This document shows, piece by piece, positions 1 through 9,034 of a stretch of DNA of 54,283 nucleotides. The stretch covers positions 1-54,283 of the forward strand of contig JACQSU010000016.1 of the NCBI GenBank assembly GCA_016211165.1. The letters run 5' to 3'. Every line of letters starts with the position of its first letter. Within the stretch, counting starts at the first letter, position 1. A program made the translations under genes and the position numbers. Source of the DNA: Candidatus Woesearchaeota archaeon. Lineage in GTDB: Archaea > Nanobdellota > Nanobdellia > Woesearchaeales > JAGWAF01. The notes below the pieces were generated by a model that was not told the origin of the DNA, ran no database searches, and saw nothing but the letters and a program-made list of their open reading frames with translations.

Positions 1-1973
1 CGCACTGCTGGCGCTGCCACAACCCAGTCATCTTCCGCACAACCGTGCAATGGTTCTTTCGCATCGAAGACCTCAAGCCCAAGATGATAGAATACAACGA
101 AAAAATCGTCTGGGCAGGAGACGCAGGCAAGAGCGCCTTTGACTCGTGGCTGCGAAACCTACGCGACAATTCCATCACCAAACAGCGCTTCTGGGGAACT
201 CCGCTACCTGTCTGGAAATGCCAACACTGCAATGCATACGACGTGATCGGCAGCAGAGCAGAACTTGAAACAAAAGCCAATGTGAAACTCTCCGACCTGC
301 ACAAACCATGGATTGATGAAGTCACGATACCTTGCGCATGCGGCGGGCAACGAACACGCATCCCTGACATCATGGATGTCTGGCTTGACGCAGGCACAAA
401 TAGCTGGACCTGCCTTGACTTTCCCCAACGAGATGACTTATTCAACAAGATGTTTCCCGCCGACTTCATCTGCGAGGGCAAGGATCAGATCAGAGGATGG
501 TTCTATGTGATGATGATCTGCGGCGTGCTCGGCTTTGGAAAACCATCTTTTAAGAGAGTGTACATGCATGGCTATGTGAATGATGCACTTGGACGCAAGA
601 TGTCCAAATCACTAGGAAACTACATCGTCCCTGAAGAAGTCATCGGATCGTTTGGCGCAGACACATTCCGCTACTACTTCATCGGGTCCGCACCACCGGG
701 CGTAGACTGCTCATACAATCAAGAAGATGTGAAACCCAAATTTAGAAGCCTTGGCGTGCTGTGGAACCTGCATAAATACCTCATCGAACTTGCGGTGACA
801 CATGGATATTGCGCAACAGACCTGGAGGCTCTGAAGCTGGATCCGAAGAAGCTCGGAGTCGAGGAGCGCTACATTCTGTCCAAATGCCACTCAAGCATAC
901 AACACCTCACGGAATTGTATGACACATACCTACTCAATCAGACACCAGGCGTCGTCGAGGAATTATTCCTTGAACTCTCCCGAACATACATCCAACTTGT
1001 ACGGGAAAAACTCGCCACTGGCGAAGACGATGAAAAGAAAGAATCCGCGGCTGTGATCTACCACGTGCTGCGCAATGTGCTTGCGATGTTCGCGCCAACA
1101 GCACCATTCATCACCGAAGCAATGTACCAGGACCTCAAGAAAGTCTTTTCATTGAATGAAGAGAGCATACACTTGCAATCGTGGCCCACAGCAGAAAAGA
1201 GATTCATCGACGCCGAACTTGAAGGCACGATGTCCATCGCAGGATCAGTGATGACATCGATCCTTGCGGCACGCGAGAAAGCATTACTCACAGTCCGATG
1301 GCCGATTCGCGAAGTTACCGTCGTCACGCGCAATGATGATGTCACTGCAGCGATCGAAGGACTCTCCGAACTCATCAAGACGCAAACCAATATCAAAGAG
1401 CTGTTTGTGAGATCTTCGATGGAGGGTGTAGTCACGTCCTGCAGAATCGACCCGGGCAAACTCGGCGGCGACTTTGGACCACTCACACCCAAAATCCTGC
1501 TCGCCTTTGGAAATGAGGACCCCAAGAAGGTGCTCGCAGGAATCGAAGCAGATGCACAGTACACACTTAAGATTGACTCACAACAGGTGAAGCTCACAAC
1601 AAAACACATCATCACCGACCGCACGGTGCCACCCAACCTTGTTGAAGTGGAAGTCAAAGGAGGATTCATCTATCTTGACAAGACCAGAACGCCGGAGCTG
1701 AATGCCGAAGGGTACAGCAGAGAACTCATGCGCCGGATTCAAGCATTCCGCAAGACACAAGGCCTTGAAAAACGCGACCGCGTGAAACTGCATGTGAAAG
1801 TGTCAGCATCACTTCTAACATTATTTGGACAGTATGAGGACGCCATCGCAGAGAAATGCGGAGCGTCTGACATCACACTGGCGAGCACGGACCCAACCAC
1901 CACATACGCGTGGCAGGCTACAGAGAACATCAAAGACGAAACATTTGGCGTATGGATGGAGAAACGCATATAA
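1..1973 (+). CDS. ileS: Isoleucyl-tRNA synthetase, C-terminal ~655 aa (5' end outside window)
   Basis: Frame is open from the window edge (HCWRCHNPVIFRTTVQWFF, typical IleRS motif). KMSKS signature present as KMSKSLGN, followed by a long anticodon-binding/C-terminal region. The listed start at 45 is an internal GTG. Confidence 0.92.
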   Translation, partial: HCWRCHNPVIFRTTVQWFFRIEDLKPKMIEYNEKIVWAGDAGKSAFDSWLRNLRDNSITKQRFWGTPLPVWKCQHCNAYDVIGSRAELETKANVKLSDLHKPWIDEVTIPCACGGQRTRIPDIMDVWLDAGTNSWTCLDFPQRDDLFNKMFPADFICEGKDQIRGWFYVMMICGVLGFGKPSFKRVYMHGYVNDALGRKMSKSLGNYIVPEEVIGSFGADTFRYYFIGSAPPGVDCSYNQEDVKPKFRSLGVLWNLHKYLIELAVTHGYCATDLEALKLDPKKLGVEERYILSKCHSSIQHLTELYDTYLLNQTPGVVEELFLELSRTYIQLVREKLATGEDDEKKESAAVIYHVLRNVLAMFAPTAPFITEAMYQDLKKVFSLNEESIHLQSWPTAEKRFIDAELEGTMSIAGSVMTSILAAREKALLTVRWPIREVTVVTRNDDVTAAIEGLSELIKTQTNIKELFVRSSMEGVVTSCRIDPGKLGGDFGPLTPKILLAFGNEDPKKVLAGIEADAQYTLKIDSQQVKLTTKHIITDRTVPPNLVEVEVKGGFIYLDKTRTPELNAEGYSRELMRRIQAFRKTQGLEKRDRVKLHVKVSASLLTLFGQYEDAIAEKCGASDITLASTDPTTTYAWQATENIKDETFGVWMEKRI

Positions 1974-2060
1974 ACCGCCCAATTGGTTCTAGGCAGAAAC
2001 ATTGAATAACCTCGCTGCCACTCGGTTTTCGATGTTTCCAACTCCGCCAATGAGGACAAG

Positions 2061-2567
2061 ATGAATCTCCTTGAACAACATGACATCCTGGTAATCGCCG
2101 CACTCACGATTGTTGCCATTACCGCGACCACGCTCATTGATGGAGGCATCACCGGCCGAGTGGTAGATATATCCCAACGCGACTCAATGATCTCATTTCT
2201 TAAAACCATGGCCACACTTGAGAACCAACATGTAGATGAAATGCCGGAGATTTTCAGAGCAATCTTTGGCAACCAACATATCAATGGCACAATCCTGATG
2301 AATTCCTATGAACTGATCTATGTCGGCGCAATGATCGAAGAAGGAAAAGTCATATCCATCACCCCGGGCGACCGCTTCGGCACAATCCCAAACCCAACCA
2401 TGAATGTCTTCACCACCGAAACGGTGATCCGAGACATTGCCAATAGCAAGGACCCTGCACTGCAGGCACTCAAAGCACTGCGCGATCAGAAAATCAAGTA
2501 CACTGCACTCTCGACCTCTGCGCAACTACAGATGGTGGCAGCGGACATCGCAAGCCAGGTCATCTAA
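2061..2567 (+). CDS. Hypothetical membrane-anchored protein
   Basis: ATG start and an N-terminal hydrophobic helix (ILVIAALTIVAITATTL). Codon usage matches neighbours and the ORF ends 3 nt before the next ORF. No recognisable family motif. Confidence 0.5.
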   Translation: MNLLEQHDILVIAALTIVAITATTLIDGGITGRVVDISQRDSMISFLKTMATLENQHVDEMPEIFRAIFGNQHINGTILMNSYELIYVGAMIEEGKVISITPGDRFGTIPNPTMNVFTTETVIRDIANSKDPALQALKALRDQKIKYTALSTSAQLQMVAADIASQVI

Positions 2568-2570
2568 ATC

Positions 2571-3009
2571 ATGCCACGAATCGCCACAGCCGCACCACTC
2601 GCACACATCACCCTACGACGCTACGAAAAACCATTCCAAATGGAGCGTCAGGAACTCGTACGCAAACTGTGCTTATCATTAGGACTCTTGCAACCAGGAG
2701 ACAGCAGAGACATCATCGTGGACATTTTTAGCGTGCTCCTTGATGCAAAGGAACCAATCAGCGTCGAAGAAATCACCACCCGAATCACACCACCTTCCCA
2801 AACTCGGCATCGCACCATCAAACATCCGCAGGCAACTCAAGCGCCTCAATGACTTGTTTCTTATCGAGAGAGTAGGTACAAAGTACCGCCTCACTGAAGG
2901 CATGACCCTCCTTGACATCTTTACAGAAAAGATCGAAAAGTACTACCTTGCATCCATTGTGGAGCGAGTAAAAGAATACTTACAAGCGGCGCAATCAGGC
3001 CGCTCATAA
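2571..3009 (+). pseudogene. Winged-helix DNA-binding protein interrupted by an apparent +1 frameshift (ORFs 2571-2852 and 2740-3009)
   Basis: The first ORF carries the N-terminal part (..KEPISVEEITTRIT). The +1 frame continues with a typical recognition helix and wing (LPKLGIAPSNIRRQLKRLNDLFLIERVGTKYRLTEG). The junction lies near 2785-2800. Confidence 0.5.
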
Positions 3010-3022
3010 TAGTACATATAGG

Positions 3023-3475
3023 TTAGAGATTGATGATTCTCTTCTTCACATCATGATAAAACTTAATCAGGGCATACGAGATTGAACCCCAGGGAAACTC
3101 GCCGCCAAGTGCCTTCTGGTAGATCTCATCAACACTGAACTCTTGCATACCAAGGATCACGTGCTCGCCATCAGGATTCGGCAAAGGGTCGTGCGTAAGG
3201 TCCTTTGCTAGAACGATCGATGTACTCTCGCAGAATGTACCTTTGCGATTGATCGACATAAAGGGAATGATCGTACCACGCATCTTAAGCTCCTCGCGCA
3301 GTTCCTTATTTGCTGCCGCCTCAAGGGAGTCGCCTTCCTCATGCACACCGCCAACAAGCTTCCACGACTCCGTCGGATGCTCGTGGACGCGCAATTCCTT
3401 AATCAAGATGATCTTGCCATTGATATCCTCTTCAGTCACTGTGATAAAATTCCCCTTGTATACTACATGCTCCAT
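3023..3475 (-). CDS. Nudix hydrolase (ADP-ribose pyrophosphatase-like)
   Basis: Nudix box GGVHEEGDSLEAAANKELREELKM. ATG at 3475 (MEHVVYKG) lies ~18 nt downstream of a TATA element. The 3487 start in the ORF track is a GTG. Confidence 0.85.
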   Translation of the reverse strand: MEHVVYKGNFITVTEEDINGKIILIKELRVHEHPTESWKLVGGVHEEGDSLEAAANKELREELKMRGTIIPFMSINRKGTFCESTSIVLAKDLTHDPLPNPDGEHVILGMQEFSVDEIYQKALGGEFPWGSISYALIKFYHDVKKRIINL

Positions 3476-3490
3476 GACAGCAGGCACGCA

Positions 3491-3506
3491 GGATAGTATA
3501 AAAAAG
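3491..3506 (-). promoter_or_regulatory. TATA box of the Nudix gene (leaderless-type spacing)
   Basis: The minus strand reads CTTTTTTATACTATCC, ending ~18 nt upstream of ATG 3475. Confidence 0.45.
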
Positions 3507-3513
3507 ATGCGAG

Positions 3514-3544
3514 AAAAAGAGGGGCAAGCCCCTCTTTAAACCCC
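3514..3544 (+). repeat. Family-A palindromic repeat (AAAAGAGGGG-N-CCCCTCTTT-AAACCCC)
   Basis: aaaaagaggggcaagcccctctttaaacccc, located in the divergent intergenic region between the Nudix and cupredoxin genes. Confidence 0.8.
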
Positions 3545-3610
3545 GTTCCGCCGTGCTCCTCAACGACCATCGAAGGATTTAAGTAAACAACAGTTCAGCC
3601 CAAGATCATT

Positions 3611-4999
3611 ATGACACAGCCTATGAAAAATCTCCTTGTTTTATTTAGTTTCCTCTTTCTTGTCGCATGCGGAACACAACCAACCACCATCCACATCAAA
3701 GACCAACCACCCTGGTACTTCCCAGCAGTGCTTGAAGTTGAAGAGGGAACTACTGTCACCTTTGATGACTCCATGGCTGCAGTCGTCCACCCCATCCTCG
3801 CCCTTAGCGGTCCTGCGAACCTTAGTAGCGGCCACTTCAAGGAAACCTGGAGTTACACGTTCACAGAACCGGGGATCTATCATTACTACTGTCCAGTCCA
3901 TCCCTACATGCAAGGCCTCATCGGCGTTGGCATGAGCGTGCCAAAAGACATGATCCCATACTGGGCACAATCATGGCCGCCGCACACTGCGCAACAGCCA
4001 ACACCCGGGCCAACACCAACAACTCCAGGCATCGGAGAAGTGTGGCTGGACGCGCAATTTTATCCAAAGAACACAAGCGACAAACCAGGCGCTGTCATTG
4101 TAATCGATGCGGAAACCTGGAAGGTCAAGAAGATCATCGATGACCCACGACTCAACAACCCGCACAACCTCTGGCTTAGCTCTGATGGCAACAACATCCT
4201 GCAGACAAACTGGTTTGACTCATACCTCTCTGTCATTGACAGATATAGCGGACTCATCACCAAACACATCTATATCGGAGAAAGCCCAGCACATGTCATG
4301 ACATCCCATGACAAGATCTACGTGACACTCCAAGGCGCTGATGGTATCGCTGTCCTTGACGGCACCACATTCGAACCCGTGACCACGATCCGCACCACCC
4401 ACGGAGCGCACGAACACCACAACCAAGCATCGGACCCTGGAACCGGACCCCACGGCAACTGGATAAACGCTAATATGACACGAATGGCAGTCGCACACAC
4501 CGAAGGAGCAAGCATCAGCGTATGGGACCTTACCACACACACAAAAATTTTTGAACAGCCAAGCGACCCTCTTCCCCTCTTTGCAGGGATCTCCCCAGAT
4601 GGCACACGCGCATGGACTGCATCGCTACTAAGCGGCGCATTTGTAGCATATGATATCGATACGGGCGATCTTCTCAAAGAATTCGTGGTCGGCAAAGCGC
4701 CTATTCAGGCAGTTCCGAGCCCGGACGGAACGCTCATTACCACAGCACTCACTGGCGATGCAGGAGTTGTCATCATCAATGCCACGACCTTTGAACCGAT
4801 CATAACACTCAAAACAGGAGCAGGAGCCCACGGCGTTATCTACGGACCAAAACAAGGAGGGGGCTGGTACGCGTACATTAGCCACAAATTCGTCCCGTGG
4901 ATCAGCGTTATTGACATCAACACACTCACCGTCGCAGGACATATTCCACTCCCCAAAGAAGCGCTCGGAGGCCAAGGCATCCTCGCAGTCTACAATTGA
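3611..4999 (+). CDS. Lipobox-bearing blue-copper (cupredoxin) domain fused to a YVTN-type beta-propeller
   Basis: Signal peptide with LVAC lipobox. Amicyanin-like type-1 Cu site YHYYCPVHPYMQGLIGV with upstream His (AAVVHP). A P/T-rich linker is followed by repeated propeller blades (YVTLQGADGIAVLD.., VIINATTFEP..). Confidence 0.8.
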   Translation: MTQPMKNLLVLFSFLFLVACGTQPTTIHIKDQPPWYFPAVLEVEEGTTVTFDDSMAAVVHPILALSGPANLSSGHFKETWSYTFTEPGIYHYYCPVHPYMQGLIGVGMSVPKDMIPYWAQSWPPHTAQQPTPGPTPTTPGIGEVWLDAQFYPKNTSDKPGAVIVIDAETWKVKKIIDDPRLNNPHNLWLSSDGNNILQTNWFDSYLSVIDRYSGLITKHIYIGESPAHVMTSHDKIYVTLQGADGIAVLDGTTFEPVTTIRTTHGAHEHHNQASDPGTGPHGNWINANMTRMAVAHTEGASISVWDLTTHTKIFEQPSDPLPLFAGISPDGTRAWTASLLSGAFVAYDIDTGDLLKEFVVGKAPIQAVPSPDGTLITTALTGDAGVVIINATTFEPIITLKTGAGAHGVIYGPKQGGGWYAYISHKFVPWISVIDINTLTVAGHIPLPKEALGGQGILAVYN

Positions 5000-5046
5000 C
5001 AAACCTTTAATATCCTGCGGAATGAAAGGTTTTTGGAGGAAATATC

Positions 5047-6018
5047 ATGAGTTTCACACGATACGCGTTGATCATCCTCATTATTAGTATCGCAGCCTAC
5101 GCACATGAAGAGGAGAAGGGCAACCTCCACATCAGAGGATTTGACATCGCACTTCAAGAAGACCAACTCCTTGCAGGAACCAACACGCCCCTCACTGTCA
5201 CTATTCATGAACAAGAAGGGCCAGCACAGGGACTTTTGGTCCAAGGGCAAATCCTTGATCGCGTCAAAGGAAAAGAAATCTACTACGCAGCTGTAACTGA
5301 AGCAGAACCTGGCACATACACATTCACGTGGGAACCCTCATTTGCAGGAACATACTACCTCCAATACATCTTTCGATCACATGACACCATCATCCAGCCA
5401 ACATTCGAGATCACTGTAACAGACCCACGAGAAGCATACTGGCTGTGGGGCTCCGTCGCTCTTGGAATCATCGCACTGCTCTTAGGATTCTACGCTTCAC
5501 GTGAAAAGAAGAGATTCAACTACAAGACCATGGGAATCGCGACACTAATCGCAATAGCCCTTGCCGGCTTGGGATACAGCGTCTCAACATTCTACGCAGC
5601 AGGCGGAGAAGCGGGCTTTGTCGTCTGCGGAGCAGAAGGATGCGAATTGGCAGTTCACTGGCATAGCAACGTCGAGATAACGGTTTGCAGTGAAGGTTTC
5701 GATTTGCCGCTTGAAGCAGGGAACCTTGACAAAGTTCATACACACAAAGAGAAAGGAAGACTCCACTTTCACTCACTCATCAAGACCGATACTGAAGGTG
5801 TGAAGTTGCTTGAACCAGAGAAGCTTCGCGTCGGACAACTCTTTGATCACATTGGAATGAGATTTACATCAACATGTATCGGCACATACTGCAATGGGGA
5901 CGCGTGCCCTGATGGCACTGTCGGAAACCTACGAATGACACTCAACGGAGCACCACACCCGGATCTCTCATCGTATTCATACAAAGATGGGGACAAGATG
6001 AATGTTGTGTTTGGGTAA
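5047..6018 (+). CDS. Membrane protein with N-terminal Ig-like ectodomain and C-terminal His/Cys-rich domain
   Basis: GGAGG 7 nt upstream of the ATG. Signal peptide, two central TM helices, and a C-terminal HWH..HTHKEKGRLHFH plus Cys-rich segment. Family not recognised. Confidence 0.65.
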   Translation: MSFTRYALIILIISIAAYAHEEEKGNLHIRGFDIALQEDQLLAGTNTPLTVTIHEQEGPAQGLLVQGQILDRVKGKEIYYAAVTEAEPGTYTFTWEPSFAGTYYLQYIFRSHDTIIQPTFEITVTDPREAYWLWGSVALGIIALLLGFYASREKKRFNYKTMGIATLIAIALAGLGYSVSTFYAAGGEAGFVVCGAEGCELAVHWHSNVEITVCSEGFDLPLEAGNLDKVHTHKEKGRLHFHSLIKTDTEGVKLLEPEKLRVGQLFDHIGMRFTSTCIGTYCNGDACPDGTVGNLRMTLNGAPHPDLSSYSYKDGDKMNVVFG

Positions 6019-6047
6019 AAGAGGGGCAGAGCCCCTCTTTTAAAAAC
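6017..6047 (+). repeat. Family-A palindromic repeat at gene 3' end
   Basis: aaaagaggggcagagcccctcttttaaaaac overlaps the stop codon of 5047-6018. Confidence 0.8.
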
Positions 6048-6101
6048 TACCAGCAAAGGGAAGTGCTCAATCTTTAAAAACGCTCGACGAATCGATCTCT
6101 G

Positions 6102-7085
6102 ATGATCTCACTGGGCATCGAATCCACAGCGCACACATTCGGCATCGGCATCGTCGATGATTCCAAAAAGATTCTTGCGAATGTAAAGCGCATGTATACC
6201 ACTGAGGAAGGAGGATTGATTCCAGCGAAACTTGCCGAGCATCACGTAACTGTATGTGGTGATGTATTGCATGAGGCACTAACCGAGGCTTGCATCACGA
6301 TAAAAGACGTTGGTATCGTGGCGTTTTCACAATCCCCCGGCATTGGCAATAGCCTACGGATTGGCATGCAAGCGGCGCGAACACTTGCGTTGACTCACAA
6401 CAAGCCGCTTGTGGGCGTTAATCACTGCATTGCACACCTCGAGATGGGACGGGCACTTACTTCTGCAAAAGATCCTGTACTCTTGTATGCCTCTGGCGCC
6501 AATACACAGATCATCGCCTATGACACTGGCAAGTACCGCATCTTTGGCGAGACACTCGATTTGGGAGTCGGCAACTTTCTTGATGCCTTTGCACGCGATC
6601 TTGGATTAGGATTCCCCGGAGGTCCACATGTTGAGAAACTCGCACTGGCTTCCTCGAATTTGATTGAGTTGCCATACGTTGTCAAAGGAATGGACATTAG
6701 CTTGAGTGGCATTTTTACGAATCTTCGAGGGAAAATCAAGACGGGAAAGTTTGCTCCTGCGGATTTGTGCTACAGCGCCCAAGAAACCGTCTTTGCAATG
6801 CTGTGCGAGGTCACGGAACGAGCGCTTGCCCACACAGGTAAGACCGAAGTTGTGTTTGGCGGCGGGGTAGGGTGCAATATAAGGTTGCAAGAGATGGTGA
6901 GCAGGATGTGCGCTGAGCGAGGAGCGGTTGCCTACTGCCCACCAAATCAGTTTCTCGTTGACAATGGCGCGATGATTGCCTGGCTTGGGTTGATTGAGTA
7001 CAACGCAGGCGTCATGGAGAATCCGGATACTGTGCAAATCAAACCGTACTTGCGTACGGATCAGGTTGATGTGGTGTGGAGATAG
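6102..7085 (+). CDS. kae1: tRNA N6-adenosine threonylcarbamoyltransferase Kae1 (stand-alone, no Bud32 fusion)
   Basis: N-terminus MISLGIESTAHTFGIGIV, ASKHA-fold motifs (GVNHCIAHLE, SGANTQ, GGGVGCN). Confidence 0.92.
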   Translation: MISLGIESTAHTFGIGIVDDSKKILANVKRMYTTEEGGLIPAKLAEHHVTVCGDVLHEALTEACITIKDVGIVAFSQSPGIGNSLRIGMQAARTLALTHNKPLVGVNHCIAHLEMGRALTSAKDPVLLYASGANTQIIAYDTGKYRIFGETLDLGVGNFLDAFARDLGLGFPGGPHVEKLALASSNLIELPYVVKGMDISLSGIFTNLRGKIKTGKFAPADLCYSAQETVFAMLCEVTERALAHTGKTEVVFGGGVGCNIRLQEMVSRMCAERGAVAYCPPNQFLVDNGAMIAWLGLIEYNAGVMENPDTVQIKPYLRTDQVDVVWR

Positions 7086-7100
7086 GCCAAACCGAATGCC

Positions 7101-7709
7101 TCACGCAAACTTCTTAGGCACCGTACATACGACCTGACCGCCCTGGCAGTTTGGAGGAGTGAGGAAGACACCACGCACACCCTTGCATGCGCGATCAAAA
7201 TCAGGAAGTGCTAGTTTCTCTGGAAGACATTGGAGCTTTGAGAACGCGTCATTGTACTTGAGGAACTTGATATCACAACAGACCTGGGAGCCAACAGGCG
7301 GGCGAACGCCTATATCCCCCAGACGACTCACACCTAGCACATCACCGACTCGCTTGACACCGGAAACATAATTGATCGTTCGCGCCTTCTGACCTGCTTT
7401 CTCATAGGCGTATAAGACCCCACTCGCCGTCCCCTTAATCTGAAAGCGAGCAGGCTTGAGCACTGGCTTTGGCGCCTCGATGGTCTTTTTCAGATACGGC
7501 GAAACTGTCTTGTATTGGAACGGCTGCGTTCTCACGGAAAGACTGCGCAAATCAAGACCCACAGGCCCACGAGCTGTGAATTTGGGCTGGAAGCCAAGGG
7601 ACTGATTGCCACCAAGCCGCTCTGCTGTGACCTTGCTTGAAATCTCCACAAGAGCAGACACCGATCCAACAAGGAGCAATGACAGCAGGATGCCAAGCAC
7701 GATTTTCAT
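7101..7709 (-). CDS. Secreted protein with C-terminal six-Cys domain (paralogue of 8200-8874)
   Basis: Signal peptide MKIVLGILLSLLLVGSVSA. C-terminal pattern SQVCC..C..ACKG..PNC..VVCTVP is shared with 8200-8874. Confidence 0.6.
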   Translation of the reverse strand: MKIVLGILLSLLLVGSVSALVEISSKVTAERLGGNQSLGFQPKFTARGPVGLDLRSLSVRTQPFQYKTVSPYLKKTIEAPKPVLKPARFQIKGTASGVLYAYEKAGQKARTINYVSGVKRVGDVLGVSRLGDIGVRPPVGSQVCCDIKFLKYNDAFSKLQCLPEKLALPDFDRACKGVRGVFLTPPNCQGGQVVCTVPKKFA

Positions 7710-7987
7710 ATTTGAAACCTCGAAGAGAATTTACCAGGCCTGCCACTTATACCGTTCTTGAGGGCATCAAATCGGTATGCCGAAGGAATCGGACGAGTAT
7801 ATATGTTAGGCTTTGGCGCTTGTGGCGCGTGAGTCGTAGGCGTGAGCTTTGAAACTACAGACACCTTATTCGCACCAATATTCCCACGAGTCCCTGCAAA
7901 GCCCTTGAGCTGACCCTTCATCTCTACAAGCGCGAAGACACTTGCACAAGCCACTACCGCCGTGAGGATGAAAAGCAGGATTCTCAT
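7706..7987 (-). CDS. Small secreted protein
   Basis: ATG start, signal peptide with VVAC, and an ATGA 4-nt overlap with the downstream gene. P/K-rich like the N-terminal half of 7101-7709. Confidence 0.45.
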   Translation of the reverse strand: MRILLFILTAVVACASVFALVEMKGQLKGFAGTRGNIGANKVSVVSKLTPTTHAPQAPKPNIYTRPIPSAYRFDALKNGISGRPGKFSSRFQI

Positions 7988-8024
7988 AGAAAAACGCAGA
8001 TTCCGTGTCTTTTAAACATTGTGA

Positions 8025-8071
8025 AGAGAACTTTGAAAAATTCGGCTTCGCCTCATTTTTTCAAAGTTCTC
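8025..8071. repeat. Perfect 16-bp inverted repeat hairpin (loop related to family-B loops)
   Basis: agagaactttgaaaaa-ttcggcttcgcctca-tttttcaaagttctct. It lies downstream of 8200-8874 and is a possible terminator. Confidence 0.7.
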
Positions 8072-8199
8072 TGGGATGTCATTCAAATTCCTCGCGAAAG
8101 CCATGGGACCGACATTAAGTGTTTTTCAAAAGAAGAAAAGAGAAAAAAAATCTAAAGAACTTTTAAGACCCGAGCAAAAGCAAGAGTCATTAAAAGTTA

Positions 8200-8874
8200 T
8201 TATGGAAGCATCGACGGCGCCGTGCACACAACATCATTGGTCGTCATGCAGGGAGCATATCGGTACCCTGGGTGCGAGCCGCACGCCGCCTTCACAAGGC
8301 GGTTTGCTTCAACTTCACCAGCGGTCTTCTTGAGTTTCATCAAGTCACACCCTCCCAAGTGCCACGCCTCAACATTCCAGATGTTGAGAATGCGTCTGTT
8401 ACAGCAGAGTTGTGAACTCTCCTCTTTCACTTCGGTAAGCCTCACTTGCCGCAAGCCAATCCTACGCTGACTAAGAAGTGTGGGTGTCACTCCCTTCTGC
8501 TCAACATGTTGGATGACTCCCAGACGAGGAGCCACGCGGACCGCTGAAGGCGGGAAGCCGAATGAGATTCCTGGAGAACCCCGAATCGTCCGCGGACCTA
8601 CACTAAAGCGGTCGCCATAAAGGTCAACATCACCGTACGAGACATACTCATAGTCCCTTAAGTCCCGCGGAAGGAATCGCTCTTGGTATCGCAACGCATA
8701 TGAAACGCTGCCTTGCGGAACAGCATATTTACCTGCGCTACTGCGAAGACCATCATACACTGTCGTGACTTCTCCAGGCTGGAGAAGATCCTCAACATCA
8801 GCAAAGGCACCCAAGGACATCATGACACTGAATGCCACAGTCAACAGGACCATCGCGATTGGTTTCTCTCTCAT
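8200..8874 (-). CDS. Secreted protein with C-terminal six-Cys domain
   Basis: ATG 8874 (MREKPIAMVLL..) is preceded by GAGGTG; the 8889 start in the track is a GTG. C-terminal pattern SQLCC..C..AACG..PC..VVCTAP. Confidence 0.6.
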   Translation of the reverse strand: MREKPIAMVLLTVAFSVMMSLGAFADVEDLLQPGEVTTVYDGLRSSAGKYAVPQGSVSYALRYQERFLPRDLRDYEYVSYGDVDLYGDRFSVGPRTIRGSPGISFGFPPSAVRVAPRLGVIQHVEQKGVTPTLLSQRRIGLRQVRLTEVKEESSQLCCNRRILNIWNVEAWHLGGCDLMKLKKTAGEVEANRLVKAACGSHPGYRYAPCMTTNDVVCTAPSMLP

Positions 8875-9034
8875 TGTATCCCACCTCACTTGCGTGTTGG
8901 TTTAGTATAAGTTGGAGTATTTCACGTACTCCCCCCTTACCCAAGCGTTCACTATGGTTGTATATAAACCTTATGGTGCCCTAGGGTTGACCGGGCAGAA
9001 TGTTCTTATAGCCCCTCGTCGGGAGATTCGCTTG

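Noticed and set aside
1058-2290. Minus-strand ORFs 1058-1669, 1578-1793 and 1739-2290
   Set aside because: They lie antisense to ileS and 2061-2567. Their S/T/R-rich translations are typical of the reverse frame of a real gene.
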